Assembly: GCF_006345805.1 (NCBI RefSeq)
Contig: NC_043011.1
Coordinates: forward strand, 47,690,464-47,754,463
Source: Octopus sinensis
Lineage: Eukaryota
Direction: 5' to 3'
Length of the DNA: 64,000 nt
Shown here: positions 37,846 through 50,539 of the stretch, piece by piece
Layout of the letters: each line of letters opens with the position of its first letter
How positions within the stretch are numbered: position 1 is the stretch's first letter
The notes under the pieces: generated by a model
What the model saw: only the letters and a program-made list of their open reading frames with translations
The model's database searches: none
What the model was told of the DNA's origin: nothing
Translations under genes and position numbers: made by a program

Positions 37846-39613
37846 GAGAGTATATATGTACTTTCTTTTTTGTTCATCTTGTATCTTTTAGTACTTCTGC
37901 CTATAACTCTCTCTCTCACACATACATTCACACTTTCAAACTTTTCTCTTCTTTTCCCTATACTCCTTCCTATCTCTCAACGAGTTTTCCTCATCTTCTC
38001 CCCGACACCACTACCCCTGTTGCCACCTACACCAACACTCTACTAAGCTAAAAACCTCTTCACAATCTTGTTTCTGTCTTTTACAAAAAGCTTTTCTTCT
38101 AATTCACCCTCTCTCTCTCTTTCACTCTCATACTACTACCAACACACACACACACTCTTGTCCACTGCTCTTTCTCTCACATGCTCACACAATCCTTCTT
38201 CCCCACCACTCATTCTCTGCTTCCTTCACTTCTCATCCCTCCAGTCCCTCGGGGAATGCCTTATAGGTTTTTAGATAGTTTACTAAATAATGAAATGTTG
38301 ATTTACCAAATTAGATTATCACATTCAGCACTAGGAGTTTCTGTCAACTTGTTTATTAATGAGATACTCTCGGATATCACACACATACAAACACACACAC
38401 ACACTCACAAACGCATTCATCAACACATGCACATACCAATATACACACATATGCTGATATACAGACATACACACACACACATACATACCAATACATATGC
38501 GCTAACCTACATGCACTCTTATATCAATGCACACACAAACATATACATCAATACATACATATATAGATGTGCACACACATACCAATACACAGACACATGC
38601 ATACATACCAATAGACACACACATAAGCAGGCACCCGCTCACATATCAATGCATGCACTCACATAACAATACATACACACACATTATATCTACATGTGGA
38701 CATGGTTAATAAATATCCCATGCACAATTATTCTCTCCCTTTCACTGATAAATTCATTCATTTAGACATGAACTCATTCATATACATACACACATTCACT
38801 ACTATACAAATATATACACACACACACACACACACACAATATCTCGTTCTCTTTCATTCGCTTTACATCATTCGGTGATATTTCTGCTTCACTGATCCAA
38901 TCTACAAATATGCACGCAAACTTACACTGTAACATCTATATGTGGCACGTAAAAGCACCAACCGATCGTGGCTGTTGCCATCCTTGCCCGGCACCTGTGC
39001 CGGTGACCCACTACACTCACGGATTGGTTGGCCACATATACAAGAAGTACAAAATGAAAGGTGTAAAGATGAAACTGCTGAACCAGCATTATAGGCTCAC
39101 CCTTAAGCAGACTTACAATTATGAAGTCCATTCCAAAAGTTTTGAGACAATTTTTTTTTGTAGGAGAGGTATTGTAACTGCTCTAAACCATTGTAACTTT
39201 TGCATATCATTACTGTACCTTAAATAAACTGGTCTGCCAACTTTTGTTATCCCAGATTTAAAGAGACAGCTGTAACGATACTTTGAATAGACTACTAACA
39301 CTGCTCGTCATGGCTGACTAGTTTTTCAGGATGCAGTTCGGAAGTGAAGGCAGTTTGGAAGCTCATTATACAATTAAGTTTTGTGTGAAACTGAGCAAAA
39401 ACACAACAGAAAACTTGTGAAATGCGCCAGACTGCTAATGGATTAATTTGCGTGAGCTGAATATCTGTTTTATGCTAGCATAAAAGGTTCAAGGACAGCC
39501 GAGAGGAGGTGAGAAATGATGAGAAGTGTGGGAGGTAGAGGGTCATCTAAACATCAGGCTGGTTGAAAAAAAAAATTCAGAATTTTCTGGATGAAGGCTG
39601 CAGTGTGATTACA

Positions 39614-40228
39614 GATAAGTTCACCACCATCAATTCACTGCAGAGAAAGCTCATTGCTGTCAATTCACTGTGAAGACAGTTCAGTGACAAAAGTTGACTG
39701 AGAAATTATATCCATTGTATCTCACCATTAATAGTTTAAAAACTATATTAACAGTTATCGCCAATCTAATATGGCAGTCCATAAATATAGGACTAAAGCT
39801 GTCATTGATTAGCTCCAAGAGGCCATCGCCTCTGGCTAGCTATATGACACATGAACCTGTGTACATTATAACCTTCAAGAAAATACCCTGAAACATGCCT
39901 GCAGATGCCTGACCAGTAAGGGAAAGCGGCTGACCTCCCCTGTTCGAAGGTTAAAATAGACACAGGTTCGTGTGTCATATAGCTAGCTAGAGGCAATGGC
40001 CTCTTGGAGCTAATCAATGACAGCTTTAGCCCTACATTTATGGACTGCCATATTAGATTGGCGATAACTGTTAATATCCAGTACCGGTGCTGTACCGGTG
40101 CTGTAGTCTCCTTTAGAGAGACATAGAAATAATAATATTTCTAGTTTAAAACTATTTTATTGAAAAGCAAAATGGTGAATTGATGATAGTGAATTTCCCT
40201 GTGGCGAATTGTTGATGGTGAACTTACC
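39614..40228. mobile_element. Non-autonomous TIR element inside the mariner
   Basis: About 50-bp imperfect TIRs GATAAGTTCACCACCATCAATTCAC... / ...GAATTGTTGATGGTGAACTTACC with CAATTCAC subrepeats; TSD unclear. Confidence 0.65.
39746..40076. mobile_element. Long-TIR palindromic MITE (about 133-bp arms, about 65-bp spacer)
   Basis: TATTAACAGTTATCGCCAATCTAATATGGCAGTCC ... GGACTGCCATATTAGATTGGCGATAACTGTTAATA. Confidence 0.9.
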
Positions 40229-40748
40229 AGACATGCTGTTGTATATCTATAAAGGCAATTAGCATACAGTTTGGCTTTGGCATGGCCCCTATCCGCAGAC
40301 CAAGTCATGAAGATCTGAACATGTACAAAATTTGTGCAAAGTTTGTTCCTTGGATGTTCAGTAACAAACAGAAAGAAAAACACATTGGTGAGAGCTGGGA
40401 GATGGTTCAGTTCATTATCTCTAACCAAGAGTCCTTGAGTTTCTGGTGACCTGTGATGAAAGCTGGATCAACTGTTATGATCCAAAGACCAAGAGATAAG
40501 AGTGTCCAATGGAAGCATCCTGACATTTCTAGACCCAAGTAAAGCAAGTCCCCTGGGAAGCTCATGGGTTCCTCCTAGTCAGACTGTTAACAAAAAGTAC
40601 TTTGTGGAGTGTTTCAGTGAGTTCAGGAAGAGATGTCATTGCAAAAGGTCAGAGCATTTCCACTTAGGTTGGTGGTAGATGCACCAGGACAATGCACCAA
40701 TCCATAATTCCATCTTGGTTATCAACTACTTGACAGAGACGGGCGTCA

Positions 40749-40983
40749 TAAGGCAGTGAGCTGGCAGAAATGTTAGCACACCGGACAAAATGCTTAGCGG
40801 TATTTCATCTGCCATTATGTTCTGAGTTCAAATTCCGCCCAGGGCGACTTTGGCTTTCATCCTTTTGGAGTCGATTAAATAAGTACCAGTTATGCACTGG
40901 GGTCGATATAATCGACTTAATCCATTTGTCTGTCCTTATTTGTCCCCCTCTATGTGTAGCCCCTTGTGGGCAGTAAAGAAATA
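40749..40983 (+). mobile_element. SINE family 2 inserted in transposase with 14-bp TSD
   Basis: AGAGACGGGCGTCA (40735-40748) vs AGAGATGGGCATCA (40984-40997), two CpG transitions. Confidence 0.92.
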
Positions 40984-41244
40984 AGAGATGGGCATCAAAT
41001 GTGTCCCCCACTCTCCCTATAGGCCAGTTTTTGCTTCTTGTAACTTTCGGTTGTCCTGGCTCTTCAGGAACAGTGATTTTGAAGATGAAGGAGGCTGTGA
41101 CAAGGATTTTCTACATCTTCACTTTGGAGGGCTTACATGTGGCCTTCATTAAGTGATTGGAACACTGCAATAAGGGCATTGAATTGAATTTAGGAGATTC
41201 CACTTTGCAGGAGATTGAAGTTTTTTTCTTCTTTGAGATTAATC

Positions 41245-41530
41245 AATTTCAGCTCTTTTATATCCTCCCGAAGCACCTGAGAGACCTGCATGGGGTGGAT
41301 GTAGCTGTCTTCAAAATAAAGCTGGACCTCTTCCTGTCAGGTGTCCCAGATGAACCAACTTTGCAGCAGGAAGTGCAGATGAGGGCAGCTGCATCAAACT
41401 CTCTCATGCACCAAATGTCAATAGCTAAAAAGCATTCGTGAAGTAAAATTATATAGCAACACCAAATGGCGGTGCCCCAGCATGGCCACAGCTCATAAGC
41501 TGAAACTAAATGAAATGAAATGAATGAAAT
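41245..41530 (+). mobile_element. CR1/L2-like LINE 3' end
   Basis: QLFYILPKHLRDLHGVDVAVFKIKLDLFLSGVPDEPTLQQEVQMRAAASNSLMHQM, stop 41439-41441, 3' hairpin CAGCT-CATA-AGCTG, (GAAAT)n tail. Confidence 0.8.
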
Positions 41531-43854
41531 GAATGTTTCTCCTGTAAAAATCTCAAAACTTTTGGAATGCACCTTGTTCTCAGCAGTGCAAATACAGGTT
41601 ATTGAAAATGGATTCATTAATGTTGTCAGGAGAATATTAACTTTGTGATACATTCCACTCTCACATTCATTATATGGTCCCATGAGATGAACGCATTAGA
41701 GCAATTTGTTGGTACTCTCAACATATAGCAATAACCTTTTAGATTATATTTCAATAACCTCTGAGGAAAACACGTCTGAAACGTTTTGAGAAAGCACAAT
41801 ATAATGATGATTGTAACAACGAGGTTTGAATGTTTACTCTATCCACTGGAAGTTGGAACTTTCACTTAAAGGGCCTGCTCTTCATATCATTACGTCTAAG
41901 TTAACGAGACGCATTAATTATCCAGCTGCTGCCGATAATATGCTGCACTTCAGGATGCACCAAATTGCAGTTTTTATGTGGTGATTCGACATAATTCAAA
42001 TAACAGCTAAATCTCTCTCAAATTACAGCTACCATTTTAAAAAGTGGAAAAGAACTTTCTAGAGAAAGAAGTCCTACCTATCTCTAAAATGGTATTGGGA
42101 TGGTATTGGCTGGGAAACTTTTCATTGTAGGACTGATCGATCAAGGCTAACCCGAAGCAAAACAGCATAAACTTATTTACAGCAGAACATAGATATCTTC
42201 GGCTATGGGCATGATGCAAGCTGGTGAAAATAACACAAATAGGCAACTCCTCATTGAATCAGTAAATGGAAACAATATCGACTTGGTTAGCAGTAACTTC
42301 TCAATGTCTATGCTAAAAAAAAAAAAAAAAAATCAATGTTTCAGTTAGTAAGAAATTTTCCCTGAAGAGGGAGCTGTCACCCCACTTGACGGTAATCACC
42401 AGGTAGGTTGAACAAAGGCCACTGTAGGTCAAAAAACGATGGGATGATTGGATAAAATCATTTTATTCTGTATCCATGTTCTTGCTTTCTCTCACTTCTA
42501 TTTTCGTTCTTCTTATATTTCTTCGAGGGGAGAGATAGGTGGGAGGTAAAAGTCAAAATGAATCAATGTTTAATATTTCAGCCAATTGACAGTCTTATAA
42601 GGCTTTGAAACATTCTTTTGATACCTCCAACAGATATATTTGTTACAAATACTTTTGCCTGTCATATGGAGCCAAGAAAATGCCTGCCATAAGCAATACA
42701 TTATATGCATAAAATTGTATATAATAAAAGAAAGGATGCCCAAAATATGCTGCTTGAACACAAATTGATTTTTCGTCTCTTTCATTCAAATAGAAAAAAA
42801 AAAAATCTATTATCAACAATTACTCTTTGGCGTGGTTTAAAAGAGAAGTGACAGAATAAAAGATCTAAAGATCTAAGCAAATTTATTTGAGTTGATTTAT
42901 ACAAAACCATTTGATCTGATGGCCTCTCTCAAATACACACGGCATAAATGACTTGGTCAGCATTTGACAATTATTCCAACAGATCTTATATTGACGTTTT
43001 TAACTCGGAGCTATTCATACGGTTGCTCTGCTTCTACGGTACCAATACAGCTGACAGATGCTGTGTCACACACAGACAGGAAAAGGAATATATAATATAA
43101 ATTGGATCATATCTGAAAGGAAAAATTAGGTCTTAAAATAGAAACGGAAATTTAAATGGTCAAAGATAAATGAATCTAAAATGAAGTTAATTGACTGAAA
43201 GAAATTGAAGTTAATTACATAATAAAAAAATAATTAATTCCGTATATGAATATAACTTTTCAGACAAACACTTGTCATTCATATTCATACACAGAAAACT
43301 AATGATTGCTCTACTGGAAAATTACAACCGATGATTCTGCTCTTCAACAATTGCAATGTAGAATAAATACCACAAGGTATTTAGTCCAGCAATCTATTAT
43401 CTTTCTATAGTCTTTTAATCACATGATCACATGACTGACCAGGCTATATTATGTTGTTACACATCACTGGTCACAATGCTTTTTGCATTGCTTTAGCCTT
43501 CAAACAATACCACACCACTGGATGCATAACTGGTACTTAGTTTCGACCCCAATGCATAACTGGTACTTAGTTTATCGACCCTGAACGGATGAAAGGCAAA
43601 GTTGACCCCGGTGGCATTTGAACTCAGAATGTGAAGACAGATAAAATACTGCTGATCATTTCAACTGGTCTGCTAATGATTCTGCCAGCTCACCACCTTA
43701 ACATAATAAAGGAATCAGTGTTCGGCAGAACCACTCTGTGGTTGAAAATATAACTTGTCAATGCATAGACAGCAATAATTGCTAAGAGGAATTTAAGTAA
43801 TCAGCTAAGCTTCAATAGTGGCTCCTGTTTTGTAGGCTGAACTTCAAAAGTGTT

Positions 43855-44044
43855 TTACACTTTTACTTGTTTCAGTCATTTGACTGTGGCCATGCTGGAG
43901 CACTGCCTTTAGTTGAGCAAATCAACTCCAGGAATTATTCCTTGTAAGCCAAGTACTTATTCTATCGGTCTGTTTTGCCGAAATGATAAGTTACGGGGAC
44001 GTAAACACACCAGCATTGGTTGTCAAGCAATGTGGGGGGAACAA

Positions 44045-44080
<36 letters not shown>

Positions 44081-44247
44081 GTATGTATATATATATGACG
44101 GGCTTCTTTCAGTTTCCGTCTACCAAATCCACTCACAAGGCTTTGGTCGGCCCAAGGCTATAGTAGAAGACACATGCCTAAGGTGCCACACAGTGGGACT
44201 GAACCCGGAACCATGTGGCTGGTAAGCAAGCTCATTTACCACACAGC
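43855..44247 (-). mobile_element. SINE family 1
   Basis: Homology. Confidence 0.9.
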
Positions 44248-44455
44248 TTTTCAGATTTCATTGTGTGCATCAAAGGATAAAGTACAAGCCCTAACAGGAA
44301 AGGGTTGCTAAAAGAAGTTACATCTTCAGTTGACTATTGGCAAGTTGACAAGACAAGAAAATTTACTTATTCATGCAACATTTCGTCATTTATCACATCT
44401 CATGGTTTCAAAGAAGGTTTTTTTTATGAAATTAATCATTGTTCACTCATTTTAA

Positions 44456-44713
44456 CCCTTTTCATTGCTGCATTTATTTTGAGATGCTCTGTGTTTACTT
44501 CAATTACTTTAAATATACTATTTACTTACTTTTTTCACTCATTTGACTGCGGCCATGCTGGAGCACCGCCTTAGCAAATCGACCTCAGGACTTATTCTTT
44601 GGAAGCCTAGTACTTATTTTATCGGTTTCTTTTGCTGAACCGCTATGTTACGGGCATGTAAACACACCAGCATCGGTTGTCAAGTGATGTTCAGGGTACA
44701 AACACAGACACAA

Positions 44714-44781
<68 letters not shown>

Positions 44782-45123
44782 CATACACATATATACGACA
44801 GGCTTCTTTTCAGTTTCCATATACCATATCCACTCACAAGGCTTTGGTCGTCCCGAAGCTATAGTAGAAGACATTTGCCCAAGGTGCCATGCAGTGGGAC
44901 TGTACCTGGATCTATGTAGTTGGTAAGCAAGCTACTTACCACACATCCACTCCTACACCAAATAACAAAGAATTTAGTAAAATAACTTAGTTATCATTCA
45001 GCTAGTGTTAGGAACATAAATTGTAACTAAAGTTCGATGGAAGATTTTAATTCTAAACTTATGGAAACAAGACATTTGTACTTAGATCCAGAGCCGGTTT
45101 CAGACAGGTTGGTATTGAAAGGG
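44456..45123. mobile_element. TTAA/CCC MITE family 2 interrupted by SINE family 1 (44520-44953)
   Basis: TTAA|CCCTTTT ... GAAAGGG|TTAA; body resumes after the SINE. Confidence 0.85.
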
Positions 45124-45143
45124 TTAAATTAATCATTTGTTAA

Positions 45144-45363
45144 CCCTTTCGTTACTGTATTTATTTTTTGATGCTCTGTGTTTCTTTCAATTACTTTAAA
45201 TATAACAAAGAATTTAGTAAAATAACTTAGTTATCATTCAGCTAGTGTTGGGAACATAAATTATGACTAAGGTTTGGTGGAAGATTTTAATTCAAAACTT
45301 ACGTAAGCAAGACATTTGTACTCAGAGCTGGAGCTGGTTTCAGCCTGGTTGGTAACGAAAGGG
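45144..45363. mobile_element. TTAA/CCC MITE family 2, intact
   Basis: TTAA|CCCTTTCGTTAC ... GTAACGAAAGGG|TTAA; inverted copy at 62025-62247. Confidence 0.9.
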
Positions 45364-45528
45364 TTAAGAAAGAAAATTTGATTGTTATTTGGACCCAGGT
45401 CATCTTGGACCATGCAGTCCTATGATTAAAGGCTTCTGAGCATTACCACTCTGTCTTACTTTCAAATAAATCTCTCTTCAATATATCTACTTTATTCGTC
45501 TGTATTATATACATATCATTATTATTAT

Positions 45529-46145
45529 GAGCGTCGCCTAAATATCTTTCACCTGCACTGCTTCCAGAAAGTCCTTGGCATCAAATGGCAGAATCATGTC
45601 CCCAACAAAGATGTCCCCAAGCAAGCAGGAATACCAAGCATGTTTGCACTCCTCATACAAAGACATATGAGATGGCTTGGACATGTTAGCTGTATGGAAG
45701 ATGGCAGAATCCCCAAGGACATACTCTACGGAGAGCTTGCTAGGGGCACTAGGTCTGTGGGAAGACCGTTCTTACGATACAAGGATTTTTGGAAAAGGCA
45801 TCAATATTGGAAAAGGCATCAATATTAGCAACTGGGAAGCAGTTGCCAGCAACAGTGGAGATTGGCGATATACTGTAAAAGAAGGAACACAAAGGAGTGA
45901 CAGAAGGAGAGAGTAGAAATGGAAAGACAAGAAAAGATGTCAACAAGAAAGTATGACATTACAACCAGCCAGTAAAAGTCTTCGCTACATTTGCGGCACC
46001 TGCCAGAGGGAGTGTTTGTCCAGGATAGGACTACACAGCCACAGCAGGAAATGTATTAGGACATGAAATGTAAAAGCTGGACTAGATTATTTTATGTGCA
46101 AGTCCATTGTCTCCGGAGACAAAAAGGATGCCAACAACAACAACA
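45529..46145 (+). pseudogene. 5'-truncated RTE-clade LINE (RT C-terminus, terminal zinc finger, (CAA)n tail)
   Basis: ERRLNIFHLHCFQKVLGIKWQNHVPN...RWLGHVSCMEDGRIPKDILYGEL...GRPFLRYKD; YICGTCQRECLSRIGLHSHSRKC; 18-bp tandem duplication near 45790-45826. Confidence 0.9.
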
Positions 46146-46247
46146 TTATATCCATATCAATATTATATATATATATATATATATATATGTTTATTTTAAA
46201 ATTATAAGTATATGAAAGAATGGAGTTGAACGACTAGTTAACAAATA

Positions 46248-46346
46248 TCCCTTTATTCTCGACATATGTTTCGAAGGCTGCATATTCCTAATTCCGAAGG
46301 AATAAGGAGTACATTATGCAGATTTCTCATCAGGAAAATCAAGGAA
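46248..46346 (-). ncRNA. Minimal type I hammerhead ribozyme, intact core (Penelope-type)
   Basis: TTCCTTGATTTTC-CTGATGA-GAA..CTGCATA..TATGCAG..TTC-GAAAC-ATAT-GTC-GAGAATAAAGGGA; 13-position stem I (one mismatch, two G-U), palindromic ACATATGT stem III, GUC triplet. Confidence 0.8.
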
Positions 46347-47422
46347 CTTATGTCGACATCAAAATGCACTTTATCCAATGAGTCCATTCTATATGATTTC
46401 TAGATTTCAGTGTTATTTCCAGCTGTTCAAATACTAGCTAGAGGAAGAAATTATTTAAAGTTAGAGTGGTTTCCATTCAGTCTTCCACATTGTACAATTC
46501 CTAAATATGTTGTTTTGACATTATTGGATACATTAAGTAGTGAAATAATTTTTAAGTTGTTTCTCTCGAGATGTAATTTATATTTTCTAACAGAATAAAT
46601 AAGAAACATCTTTACTTAAAATTAATGCACATAAAAAGGGAAAAAAATATATAAAAGTAAATTTAAATTAGTGAAAATAAAAGAGAATTATCTGCTGGAT
46701 GTTATGTGGAACATTTAATTTAGAGATGATAATGTTTCTCAATATCTTTTTGAATATATGATCTTATACGCATTCTCTTCATATATTTAAATGAGAAAAC
46801 TTTTTTTTGTTTTTACGTCATTGTCTAAAGAATCTGTAGAATGCCTTGTAGTCTTGGCAGATACTTTAACATTATGGAAATCAGTTTTGAACTTGAAATT
46901 CTAAAATTTAATGACTGTAGGGAAAAGGGGGTCGAGAGAGAAAGGCAAGGCTATGAGGAAGCTTTTAAACAGCTTCTTAACCTATTAGAAACAACAGCAA
47001 AATATCTTGCAAGTCACACCTTAATGAGAAAATACATTTGCTGAAGTAGTCCTAGGTACACTGTTTGAGAAAAAAAATAAATGGATGAAATAGTAATATT
47101 TGCAATGTCTATTTCTTCTGGAGGAAAATTTTCCAAAGTTAAACAATGTTGAGCAGGAAAGGAATTCAAAAGAAGTCACAGTTCTTGGGTTAATGATTTA
47201 GAAGAAATAAAGCTTGATTTAATTTCTTATTGTGAAAAGCAGAAGGAAATAGAATTACATGGTATAACTTGATATCAACGAAGTTAAGATAGATATCATA
47301 TATTGTTGAGGCATTCACTGATGTCAAGTTATATCACAGAATTCTAAGAGATCTTTCTTAATTTCAAGGGGAACAACACAGACACAAAAACACACAAACA
47401 CACACACACACACATATATATA

Positions 47423-47615
47423 CTTTATTTAAAAGCAGCAGAAATATAACAAAAGCTGTTACTCGGAGTTTCATGTTCCCGTTTGTCGGACAGTTTTGTT
47501 AAACAAAACTCTGAGTAACAGCTTTTGTTATATTTCTGCTACTTTTAAATAAAGCATATTACTCTACCTCTGGTATTTGAGTACTCTTTTTTCCACCTTG
47601 TTTCACATTTATGTG
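47423..47615. mobile_element. Inverted (tail-out) element family B with HHR-like motif, between (TA)n tracts
   Basis: 47423-47471 pairs with 47506-47554 (2 mismatches); minus strand 47495-47456 reads CTGT-CCGACAA-ACG-GGAA-CAT-GAAA-CTC-C-GAG-TA-ACAG. Confidence 0.75.
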
Positions 47616-47625
47616 CTTACTCCAG

Positions 47626-47659
<34 letters not shown>

Positions 47660-48046
47660 TGCACAATGGTTTTTTTTTCAGTTTCTGTCTACCAAATCCA
47701 TTCACAAAGCTATGATTGACCCGAGTTTATAGCAAAAGACAAATATCAAAACCAGATACATACAAACTTCTTTCTTGGTGTATAGTGCTTTAATTTACTG
47801 CAAACTTTACACTAATTTGTGAGCAGCATTACAGTCAGTTACAAGTTTCTAATCGGTCAATCACTACTTCACTTTCTTTTTGATGGTGACAGTAGGAAAA
47901 AAGTGACTATAACTTGCTACAGAACAAAAGTTCAAGGGAAATTCATTCATAAAACCTCAGTTTTTGTTGTTGATTCTTTATAATTTTTTTTTTTTTTTGC
48001 ATTATTTGAATCCTTTACTGATAATATATCAGTAAAAGTTACTTTT

Positions 48047-48340
48047 GCTGAAGTGCTAAGTTACAGGGACATAACCACACCAACATCGGTTGCCAAGGGG
48101 GACAACACAGACACAAAAACACACACATATCTATCTATCTATCTATCTATCTATATATATATATATATATATACATACACAATGGGCTTCTTTTCAGTTT
48201 CTGTCTACCAAATCCATTCACAAAGCTTTGATTCACCCAAGTCTATAACAAAAGACACTTGCCCAAGGTGCCATATAGTGGAACTGAACCCAGAACAATG
48301 TGGTTGGGAAGCAAAATTCTTACCACACAGCCATGCCTCC
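48047..48340 (-). mobile_element. SINE family 1, diverged
   Basis: Homology. Confidence 0.8.
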
Positions 48341-48344
48341 ACCT

Positions 48345-48385
<41 letters not shown>

Positions 48386-48961
48386 CATGGGCTTCCATAA
48401 AGTTTCTTTCTTGCAAATTCTACTCTTGAGTAAGGCTATAGTAAATTATGCTTTCCTAATGTGTCATAAATAGGGATGAAACCCAGTATCAGATGGTTGT
48501 AAAGAAAATCTCTTAATCACACACCAAACCCTGCAAACCAATAATAAGGAAGAAGAAGCCAACATGCTTAAGAAAGGAGATCTATAATTTTGGAATATAA
48601 GTTCTTTTTGGCTTTTGCTTTTTTTACTATCTCTTGAGATTTCTCTAAGAAAATAGATATTTGACAGCAGTATAAAAGCAGAGCCTTATGAATTATAACT
48701 TACATGTAGAAGAAACAAATGCATAGCAATTCAATTTATCAAAACTCCATAAACTCTCTTTGCACTAATTTTTGCCAACAGAGACCTTCATTAGTTATTT
48801 TACATTCTGGGCGTCAATAAAATTATATATGTGTATGGGAAGAGCATGTGTATATATGGAAATCCAACAAATTAATATTTATATCTATCATGCGAGTATA
48901 ATATATCTAATTGACAGATTTTTGTTTTTCCTTCATCGCCTGCTAACCCTCCTGATTTCAG

Positions 48962-49010
48962 GAAGAATCTACTTCAAACTGCACATTTTGTAAAGTTTGA
49001 GTCCCATGTT
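48962..49010 (+). CDS. Candidate coding exon (phase 2 to 0)
   Basis: Branch-like CTAAC, pyrimidine tract, tttcag acceptor; KNLLQTAHFVKFESHV open; donor GTAAGT. Confidence 0.4.
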
Positions 49011-49234
49011 GTAAGTTAAAAACACACATTGTGTCAGCTTGATTCTTACATTGTAAACAGCATATCTATATAATTTCTGAATTAAAATATGAATAGCAAA
49101 ATGTTCCTGAGGCCTTGATGGGATTTTGAAAAACTGCTCTTTTGTTACCATGTCATGGATGATAAATAAATCTCCTTTTGGGTAGAACACCGATCTACCA
49201 AAAGAAATTACTGATAGAGGGTTTTTTAATTTAT

Positions 49235-49463
49235 TTCTTTACTACCCACAAGGGGCTAAACATAAAGGGGACAAACAAGGACAGACAAACGGATTAAGTC
49301 GATTACATCGACCCCAGTACGTAACTGGTACTTAATTTATCGACCCCGAAAGGATGAAAGGCAAAGTCGACCTCGGCGGAATTTGAACTCAGAACGTAAC
49401 GACAGACGAAATACAGCTACGCATTTCGCCCGGCGTGCTAACGTTTCTGCCAGCTCGCCGCCT
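49235..49463 (-). mobile_element. Young SINE family 2 copy
   Basis: CpGs intact, near consensus; flanking ACTGATAGAGG repeated. Confidence 0.92.
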
Positions 49464-50539
49464 AACTGATAGAGGATTTGGTTACTGTTTCCAGCAGCCT
49501 TGTAAACTAAAACATTGGAGAATAAAGTATATCAATCAGAAACCAAACCAAACCAAACGCTCACACAACAGATTTGAACTATGAAACTGTGAGCAGGGAC
49601 TCATATACCTTACTTGTTCAACAAATCCGTCTTTACCTATTTACAATAGAACAACTTCAGTCCTCTTCAAATCATCTGGTAACATAGCTCCACAATGATA
49701 CTGTTTACAGTAGCACCAACTAAATCTACAGTCTTCTTTCTTACCTGAAAAAAAAAAACACTATTCAACATCAAATACAACAGACCCTCACACTCAAACA
49801 ATAGTGATGAAACTGCTAACAGAAGACAAAAATAATAAAAGCTGTGTATAAAAACATCAGCAACATTCAAAACACAATATAAAAGAACTTACAAAGAAAG
49901 CGAAACAATGCACAGATGCACAAATACACAAAGTAATTGTAGGTACCACATTAGGCCAACAGAATGGAATAACAACGATGATGCATAAACGATACATTAG
50001 ATAGATCAAATCAATTCTGCATGACCTCATCTGCTAACCTGGTGCAAAAGAAACTATATTCAAACTATCAACAGCAAGGAAAATGAAAGCGTTTATGTGG
50101 TCATGAAATATGCTGGAAATAGCAGATAAATTACACCCTATTGTCTTTAACCTTTTATCATTCTGATTTCTCTTTCAAATCAAATGTAATGCTTATTTAT
50201 ACCCATTGATATGAATCAGTCATGCACGAGTTTGTAGCCTTGAGATTTCAATGATGTGATTGTCTAATTTTAGAATAATATTGTGAAGAAAGTGCGAGAA
50301 GCCATATCTGGCCATTTTGAAGATAAAGCAGGTAAATTATTTTCACCGGATATAGCCAGTTTAAATGCTAAATGGTTAAAAGATGAAAAAATACATCAAG
50401 TAATATAGTTCTAGATACACAATGCCCCAAAAAGAAAATTACCAGATAGTAAAGGATGAGACATGTTTGATCATATAGCTCTGGTGGATTAAGGCTGATC
50501 CGAGATTAAACAACAATATACACTTGATGTAATAATATC

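Larger units (their letters stand above)
39122..41576 (+). mobile_element. Dead mariner (DD34D-type) element with nested insertions
   Basis: TIRs TGAAGTCCATTCCAAAAGTTTTGAGA / TCTCAAAACTTTTGGAATGCACCTTG; transposase remnants HYTIKFCVKLSKN, KICAKFVPW, LVTCDESWINCYDP, HQDNAPIH, VPHSPYRPVFASCNF with stops and frameshifts. Confidence 0.9.

Noticed and set aside
41755-41795. CTGAGGA...GAAACGTT hammerhead-like words
   Set aside because: Stem II barely pairs and stem I does not form next to the core
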